Assembly (NCBI GenBank): GCA_963745075.1
Contig: CAVUWV010000033.1
Span: 1-64,000, forward strand
From: Candidatus Hydrogenedentota bacterium
GTDB taxonomy: Bacteria > Hydrogenedentota > Hydrogenedentia > Hydrogenedentales > SLHB01
DNA: 64,000 bases
Direction: 5' to 3'
The notes beneath the pieces were generated by a model. That model did not search any database. It saw only the letters and a list, made by a program, of their open reading frames with translations, and was not told the DNA's origin. Below are positions 57,863-64,000 of the stretch, in pieces. The position numbers were made by a program, and so were the translations under genes. Numbering within the stretch: the stretch's first letter is position 1; each line of letters begins with the position of its first letter.

Positions 57863-60280
57863 TCAATTTTTCCGGATGGGCACCCGCGCAAATGTATGGG
57901 TTCGCTGAGCGGCAAAGAGACCCGCGATAAGCAATAGCACGAATATGAAAGGCCACACCCGGAGGGGCACCGCCGGAACGTCGCCGGCATCGTAGGGATT
58001 CGAACCGAGTTGGTTCTCGAGCTGGTCCGAGAACCCGTCGCCGTCGGAGTCCAGGTCGAGATAGTTGGGAATCAGGTCGCCGTCGGGGTCGGTGCCCTCC
58101 GGCGCGATGTACTCCGTCGCGTCGAGAATCGTATCACCGTCGCTGTCGGTGTCCTGATAATTCTGCAGGCCGTCGCCGTCGGCATCGGTCAATCCTTCGG
58201 TCGTGTCGGGGATACCATCGCCGTCTTGATCCGCCGTGGCGAGGTATCCGTACACCTTGATCGACCAGCTGTTCAGCGTTCCCACATTGCTGCTGATGTT
58301 GTCGGACACGTTGAGCGTCCATGTTCCGTTCGGGTCCTCACCCATGTGCGCGACGGACGTAAAGAGCCAGTTGTTGAAGTTTGCTCCAAAGTCATTTGGG
58401 CGAACCGCGGCCAGCTTCGACACCATCCCGCTCGGCGCCGTCAATGTAACCGCCAGATTACCCCGATACGGGTGCGTGGCGTTGAGCACCACCTCGACGT
58501 GCTCGGTAACGAAGTTGGCCGCGCCGGAAATGGTCAGTGGGCGCGAGATGCCCGCGGGCGTGTTGTCGGGGATGTTCGTTACCACGGCTTCGCTATTCGT
58601 GAGCGGGGTGGCCTCTACGGGAACGTCGTACCAGGTTGCCGAGGCATTGACCGCCGCCGCCGCGTCCGCGCGTCCGTAGCCGTAGGTGTGGTTGAAGGTT
58701 AACCCCGCGCCGTTGGTTTGCCAGTCGGGGTCTGTTGCATCGACTTGTGTCGCGGTTTCCGCCAGGATGTGCTGCACGTCGCGCCACCCTAGAAAGGGGT
58801 TCTCTTCCAGCATCAAGGCTACAATGCCGGACACCAGCGGTGTCGCCGACGATGTGCCGCCGAAGTTGGAGATGTATCCATCGTTGATGGTCGTCGTGGT
58901 GATACCGGCGTTGATCCAACTCGACGGCGAGCACGTCAGCAACGACGCGCCGCTTTCGCTGTAGTAGGAGATGTTCCCGTCCGCCCCGATGGCCCCCACA
59001 CCAATCGTGTACCGGCTCGAGGCGTATCCGTCGAAGTTTGAATAGTCGCCGCTCAGACGCCCGTTGCCGCCCGCCCAGCAATAGACGATCCCGCGACCGC
59101 CCCGGCCGTTCGTAACGCCGTTCTCGATAGCCGCTTTGGTGAGCGGGCCGAAGGTTTCGAGCCTCGTGCCGTCGTCGTAGGGGCCCCACGAGTTGCTCGA
59201 GATCCAGACTCGGTCGGTTTCGAGGGCCGGCGTGACCAGGTAGCCCAGCCCCTGGGATTCCTGCAGGTCGGTTGCGGGCGCCGCGACCAGGCGGATACCA
59301 ATCAGCGTCGCATCGAATGCGGCCCCCGTGACGAGTGTCGCATTGTTTCCTACTGCAGCGGCGACGCCGGCGACAGCGGTTCCGTGGTAGTCCCCGCCTT
59401 CGGGTGAAGCGTCGTTGTCCCCGCCATTGATGTCCAGGTCCACATCGGTACGGGCATTCGCGGCGAGATCGACGTGGGAGGCTTCCAGGCCGTCGTCGAC
59501 GATGGCGATCGTTACGCCATCGCCGGTGACTTGGTCCCACGCCGGGACGATGTTCACGTCGTTCCCGGCGACTGCGCCCGGACCCGCACTGCCCTGGCCC
59601 GTGTTCTGCAAATGCCACTGATCGCCGAACAACGTATCGTTCGGGACGAACCGTTTGCTTTGTTGGCGTTTCACTAGCGGGGTCGCGAACTCGACGATAC
59701 CCGATTCGTACAGCGCGTTTGCGGTTTCCAACGCGCTGAGAAGCGATGTGCCGGAAGACTGCACGACGTATGTGTTCGGACTGAATTCCACTTCCTGGAC
59801 GACGGTAACGGCATAACTCCCCGTGATTTCGTCGATGGCATGTCCCGGGGCCAGCTTTAGACTGAACTGCTGAGTCAACACTTGCGCCGCGTTGGGTTTC
59901 CCCGTTTGGCCCGGTGCGTACAAGACCGCCCGGACCGAGTACCCCGCCGCGCGCAGGTTCTGGGCCGTGATTTCGAGGTCACCTGTGCTCTTTGCTGCCG
60001 TCTTCAAGCTGAGATGCAACGTCCCACTCGAGCTTCCGGCACGAAGCGTCGCATTGGGAAGCAACGTCTTGATATCCTGGGGATTCGCAGTTTTCGGCGG
60101 AGTTACCTCGAACTCGTCCAGTGCAACCACCATTTCCACGCGCATATCGCCGTTATAGTAGTAAACGGATTGCGCGTTCGAAGAATCTGCGGAAGAAGCA
60201 CCATTGGAATTGGATGAATTCTGCGCCGATGCGCCGACGCCGGCCGTAACCAGAAGTACTGCAAAGAACCCCACAAACAT
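57863..60280 (-). CDS. Secreted S8 kexin/furin-like serine protease with P domain, DxDGDG repeats and C-terminal TM tail
   Basis: [24 protein letters not shown] domain (H.YRG.L...L.APSG, GE.PNG.W.L). Confidence 0.92.
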   Translation of the reverse strand: MFVGFFAVLLVTAGVGASAQNSSNSNGASSADSSNAQSVYYYNGDMRVEMVVALDEFEVTPPKTANPQDIKTLLPNATLRAGSSSGTLHLSLKTAAKSTGDLEITAQNLRAAGYSVRAVLYAPGQTGKPNAAQVLTQQFSLKLAPGHAIDEITGSYAVTVVQEVEFSPNTYVVQSSGTSLLSALETANALYESGIVEFATPLVKRQQSKRFVPNDTLFGDQWHLQNTGQGSAGPGAVAGNDVNIVPAWDQVTGDGVTIAIVDDGLEASHVDLAANARTDVDLDINGGDNDASPEGGDYHGTAVAGVAAAVGNNATLVTGAAFDATLIGIRLVAAPATDLQESQGLGYLVTPALETDRVWISSNSWGPYDDGTRLETFGPLTKAAIENGVTNGRGGRGIVYCWAGGNGRLSGDYSNFDGYASSRYTIGVGAIGADGNISYYSESGASLLTCSPSSWINAGITTTTINDGYISNFGGTSSATPLVSGIVALMLEENPFLGWRDVQHILAETATQVDATDPDWQTNGAGLTFNHTYGYGRADAAAAVNASATWYDVPVEATPLTNSEAVVTNIPDNTPAGISRPLTISGAANFVTEHVEVVLNATHPYRGNLAVTLTAPSGMVSKLAAVRPNDFGANFNNWLFTSVAHMGEDPNGTWTLNVSDNISSNVGTLNSWSIKVYGYLATADQDGDGIPDTTEGLTDADGDGLQNYQDTDSDGDTILDATEYIAPEGTDPDGDLIPNYLDLDSDGDGFSDQLENQLGSNPYDAGDVPAVPLRVWPFIFVLLLIAGLFAAQRTHTFARVPIRKN

Positions 60281-60582
60281 TCTCAAGAAGATACCCTCCA
60301 CCCAATGTGCTTTCCGGCTGCAATCATCGCGGACACAAGAGTATACCAGCATTTGAAGCGAACGTGCCGGTACACTGTTGACTTTCTATTTGCCGATCTT
60401 TCACCACCCGGGAGAAACTATACCGCCGAAAATGGGCGAAATCGTTGACTTTCGGAAGGTTATCTGGCTAACCTGTGGCCCTTGGCGCAGGGGACATTTT
60501 GACCGGCCCGCACAGCGTTTTGACGAGCATTCGTTTTGGCAGCTGCATGCCAAACCGCTCGAATTTGAAGGAGAACCCGACC

Positions 60583-61701
60583 ATGGCCGACGACGACTTG
60601 AAAGCGCAATACCGGACCCGCACCGAAGGCAGTTTCCCGGCCTCTTTCGACGCAATGGGACGTACTTACGAGAAGGTGGAGGATCTCCGATACGGCACCA
60701 ATCCCCATCAACCCGCCGCCTTCTATCGACCTGCGGACGGTAAGAATCTCGTCCTGGGCGCCCACGAGATCCTCAAGACGGGCAAGAGCGGTCTCTCCCA
60801 GACCAACATTGAAGACATGCATCACGCGGTCGGAATCCTGAAATACTTGCAACGCCCCGCGTGTGCCGTAATGAAGCATTGCAACCCGTCCGGCGTCGCC
60901 ATGCAGGTCGATGACATCCCGCTTGTCACGGTGTATGAGCGCGCCCGGGACTCGGATGCGCAGGCCGCGTTCGGCAGCGTCGTGGTCTTTAATCGGGCGG
61001 TAGACGGGGACACCGCGGAAGCGATCATGCAGACTATCGTCGAAGGGGTGGCCGCGCCCGGATTCGATGACGCCGCCCTGGAAATACTGCAGAATTTCGA
61101 GAAGTTTAGACGCAACAAAGAACTACGCGTAATCAAGCTGCCAGATTTCTCGAAGCTTCCCAAGTTCCTGGACGACGAGTCCGCCGCGTGGGAGATGAAA
61201 GTCTTCGACGACGGCAGCATCGTGCTGGCCCAGCCCTACCTCTCGCGCGTACGATCTGTCAAAGACTTCGTACCCGCCTATTGCGACCACAAGAAACACG
61301 GTCGCATCGACATCGCGCGGCCGGCGACCATCCGTGAACTCGACGATCTCTTGTTCGCGTGGTACGTGAACATCCACGTTCGGTCGAACGGGTGTGTCAT
61401 CGCCCACCACGGGCAGACCCTGGCCGTCGGCACGGGTGAGCAAGACCGGGTCGGCGCGGTCGAGCAAGCCATCGCTAAAGCGCGCTCCAAATATAAGGGC
61501 ACGGAATCGCTCAATGGCGCGGTGCTCGCGTCCGACGGCTTCTTCCCGTTCCGGGACGCGGTAGACGCGGCAACGAAGGCGGGTATCAGCGCATTCGTCC
61601 AACCCGGAGGCAGCGTAAACGATTATGACGTGATCGCGGCCTGCAACGAATCGAGTGCGGCCATGGTATTCTCATTGGAGCGGTGTTTCTCGCATCATTA
61701 A
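60583..61701 (+). CDS. purH: AICAR formyltransferase domain protein (PurH-like, lacking the N-terminal IMP cyclohydrolase domain)
   Basis: LRYGTNPHQ, MKHCNPSG, AFG, RSN, G.GEQDRV, ASDGFFPF, QPGGS, RCFSH; AAGGAG RBS. Confidence 0.85.
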   Translation: MADDDLKAQYRTRTEGSFPASFDAMGRTYEKVEDLRYGTNPHQPAAFYRPADGKNLVLGAHEILKTGKSGLSQTNIEDMHHAVGILKYLQRPACAVMKHCNPSGVAMQVDDIPLVTVYERARDSDAQAAFGSVVVFNRAVDGDTAEAIMQTIVEGVAAPGFDDAALEILQNFEKFRRNKELRVIKLPDFSKLPKFLDDESAAWEMKVFDDGSIVLAQPYLSRVRSVKDFVPAYCDHKKHGRIDIARPATIRELDDLLFAWYVNIHVRSNGCVIAHHGQTLAVGTGEQDRVGAVEQAIAKARSKYKGTESLNGAVLASDGFFPFRDAVDAATKAGISAFVQPGGSVNDYDVIAACNESSAAMVFSLERCFSHH

Positions 61702-61722
61702 TCACACCACACGGGAGTACGC

Positions 61723-62700
61723 ATGCCAAACACATTGCGATGGGGCATACTGGGCACGGCGCACATTGCGCCGGCGTTCATCAAGGGGGTCCGTCAAAGT
61801 ACCAACGGAGTTGTCGCCGCCGTTGCCAGCCGCGACGCACAACGCGCCCGGGCGTGGGCCGAACAACAAGATATTCCAAGGTCATTTGGGTCTTACGAGT
61901 CCTTGCTGGAATCCGGCGAAGTCGACGCGGTCTACATCCCATTACCGAACAGCCTGCACGTGGAGTGGTGCATCCGAAGTTTGCGGGCCGGCGTGCCGGT
62001 GCTCTGCGAAAAACCGCTCGCAGCGAATGCGAACGAAGCCCGTCAAATCCAGCGCGTCGCGGAAGCAACCGGCCTGCCGTGCGCCGAGGCGTTCATGTAC
62101 CGCTTTCACCCGCTGTACGACCAGTTGGTGGGACTGCTCCTGAAGGGAATCATCGGCAACATTGTGTCCGTCCGAAGCGCATTTTCCTTTTACCTCGGCG
62201 ACCGGAGTGAGATCCCCGCTTCGGCCGAACTCGCCGGCGGGGCACTCATGGACGTGGGGTGTTATTGCGTCAACCTCGCGCGCCTTGTGCTGAGCGCCGA
62301 GCCGGAGGGCGCATTTGCCTTCGAGCGGCGCTCGACAGTGGACGACACGCTGGTCGGTGTACTTCAATTCCCGGACCGCGTCCTCGCCCAGGTGGAATGC
62401 AGCATTGAAGCATACGACCGGTCCGGAGCCGAGATTGTGGGGTCGGAAGGAGTCATCGTCCTCGAGAACCCCTGGTTTCCGGGTGAAGATGCCGGCGAAA
62501 TCATCGTCCGGCGGGATGCTAAAGAGGAACGCATTGCCACCCCCGGGGGGAACGGCTACCACCTTGAGGTGGAGGATTTTGCCGACGCGGTCTTATCAGG
62601 CCGGCCCCCGAGGTGGACTCTTGACGACGCCGTTGGAAACATGGCGGCAATTGACGCGTTGCTTCACTCCGCCCGTTTCGGAGCACCCGCTGTAGTTTAG
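61723..62700 (+). CDS. Gfo/Idh/MocA oxidoreductase (aldose dehydrogenase-like)
   Basis: WGILGTAHIA, YIPLPN, CEKP, EAFMYRFHP, GGALMDVGCY. Confidence 0.92.
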   Translation: MPNTLRWGILGTAHIAPAFIKGVRQSTNGVVAAVASRDAQRARAWAEQQDIPRSFGSYESLLESGEVDAVYIPLPNSLHVEWCIRSLRAGVPVLCEKPLAANANEARQIQRVAEATGLPCAEAFMYRFHPLYDQLVGLLLKGIIGNIVSVRSAFSFYLGDRSEIPASAELAGGALMDVGCYCVNLARLVLSAEPEGAFAFERRSTVDDTLVGVLQFPDRVLAQVECSIEAYDRSGAEIVGSEGVIVLENPWFPGEDAGEIIVRRDAKEERIATPGGNGYHLEVEDFADAVLSGRPPRWTLDDAVGNMAAIDALLHSARFGAPAVV

Positions 62701-62912
62701 CGATAACTGCGGGCCACGTGTCGCGGACAGTGAGTAAATCCATTTTTCCGCGGGTCTTGATATACGTTTGAGGCATACCGGGTAAATTAATTTTGTTTCC
62801 TAAGCGTGATATCTACGCTAAGTGACAAATCAATCACATTTTCCGTGGCATAATTACGTGGTGTCTCGATGGGACTGCGAGGCATCGGCGACACGGAGGT
62901 ATAGCGCCAAAT

Positions 62913-63875
62913 ATGTTTGCGAATAAGACCAGCGCAAATCTCATGCTGTTGACCCTTGTGCTGACGCTCGGCACCTTCCTGCTCGACAGTTGGTTGCCGG
63001 TGGGCGTCGCAGGGGGGGTGCCATATGTCGTCGTCGTGTTGATCTCACTCTGGTCGCCGGACCGCCGGTATACGATCACGGTCGCCGCCTGTTGCACTCT
63101 GCTGGTGGCGCTGGGCCATTTCTACGCCGAGGGAGATGTCGCCAATCATGCGGCGGTGCTGGACCGGGGGCTGGCTATCGTGGCGATTTGGGCGGCGGCG
63201 TTGTTGTCGTTGCGCCGGAAATCCATAGAGGATCAACTGCGCCAGAGCCAGGCTCGCTATGCGTCGATTGTGGCCCACGCGGGATTGGGCATCATCATGA
63301 TCGACGGGAATGGCCGGATCGATTCGTTGAATCCTGCCGCTGCGAGCATGTTTGGCCGTTCCCCCAGCGAGCTGGTGGGCAAGACCTTCGTCGAGGTCGT
63401 CGCCCCGAAATACCGGACGGAATTGAAGGACTACCTGATCACGTATCTGAATACCAAAGAACGCGCGATCATTCAGCGCGACCTAGAGGTGCAGGGGCTG
63501 CGGAAAGGCGAAATCACCTTTCCCATGGAAATCAGCGTCGGGGAAGTTCCATTGCCAAACCAATCGCTGTTCGTTGCGGTGGTCCGCGATATTACCGAGC
63601 GCTACCACATAGAACAGGAGCGCGTCCACCTGATTGGCGAACTGAAGAAAGCGTTGACCGATGTACGGACCTTGGGGGGGTTGATCCCCATTTGTGCGTC
63701 CTGTAAGAAGATCCGTGACGACCAAGGATATTGGGAACAGATCGAGGTCTACATTCGCGATCACTCGGACGCGCAATTCTCACACAGCCTGTGCCCCCAG
63801 TGCGTGAAAGAACTCTATCCCGAGCTTGACGAGGACGCCGCCGCCGCGGCGGACAAAGGGCAGCGCGCTTCGTAG
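62913..63875 (+). CDS. Membrane-anchored PAS protein with Cys-rich C-terminal module, no kinase domain
   Basis: 3-4 TMs, PAS (NPAAASMFG...RDITER), PICASCKKIRDDQGYW...SHSLCPQC. Confidence 0.85.
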   Translation: MFANKTSANLMLLTLVLTLGTFLLDSWLPVGVAGGVPYVVVVLISLWSPDRRYTITVAACCTLLVALGHFYAEGDVANHAAVLDRGLAIVAIWAAALLSLRRKSIEDQLRQSQARYASIVAHAGLGIIMIDGNGRIDSLNPAAASMFGRSPSELVGKTFVEVVAPKYRTELKDYLITYLNTKERAIIQRDLEVQGLRKGEITFPMEISVGEVPLPNQSLFVAVVRDITERYHIEQERVHLIGELKKALTDVRTLGGLIPICASCKKIRDDQGYWEQIEVYIRDHSDAQFSHSLCPQCVKELYPELDEDAAAAADKGQRAS

Positions 63876-63908
63876 CCGAGCCGTTGCGGAACCGCCGCGC
63901 GAACGTAA

Positions 63909-64000
63909 TCACCACCGGATCATCGCCGACGCCCAAGTCAATCCCGCGCCGAACGCTGCCAGAAGGACTAAGTCGCCCTCTTTGAGACGCCCCTCGATGC
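63909..64000 (-). CDS. fabH: 3' end of 3-oxoacyl-ACP synthase III (partial)
   Basis: Minus strand reads EGRLKEGDLVLLAAFGAGLTWASAMIRW*. Confidence 0.85.
   Translation of the reverse strand, partial: IEGRLKEGDLVLLAAFGAGLTWASAMIRW

Noticed and set aside
60361..60582. ZMP/ZTP riboswitch upstream of the purH-like gene
   Set aside because: CCACCCGGGAG is vaguely similar, but the GACTGGCG...GTGG and downstream CGCCTGGGC elements are absent

Overview
GC-rich bacterial chromosomal window. Gene content (DUF1559 prepilin/H-X9-DG protein, Tat-exported sulfatase and oxidoreductase, secreted proteins with Pro-TM-basic tails) suggests Hydrogenedentota or a PVC-like lineage; this is inference only. Most of it is carbohydrate catabolism (sulfatase-GH-SDR-nanA-nanM/SSS cluster, Gfo/Idh/MocA and TIM-barrel sugar enzymes, GH172, ROK plus PIG-L), envelope modification (AlgI/AlgJ-like O-acetylation, three GT-C glycosyltransferases, GT9, UppP), two ABC systems and housekeeping genes. 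The less obvious structure is in the non-coding DNA. (1) A decayed integron-type array of three attC-bounded cassettes with no integrase (about 10.1-12.2 kb). (2) A family of 165-168 bp palindromic elements with conserved arms and diverged cores, one apparently read in-frame inside a gene. (3) A REP-associated tyrosine transposase with an in-frame stop, flanked by two ~160 bp REP doublets that are inverted copies of each other. (4) An IS200-like tnpA remnant. (5) Several short tandem repeat arrays, two arranged as inverted pairs. Four ordinary genes carry small frameshifts that look like assembly indels. No rRNA, tRNA or CRISPR array was seen. All family calls come from motif recognition by eye, not database searches.
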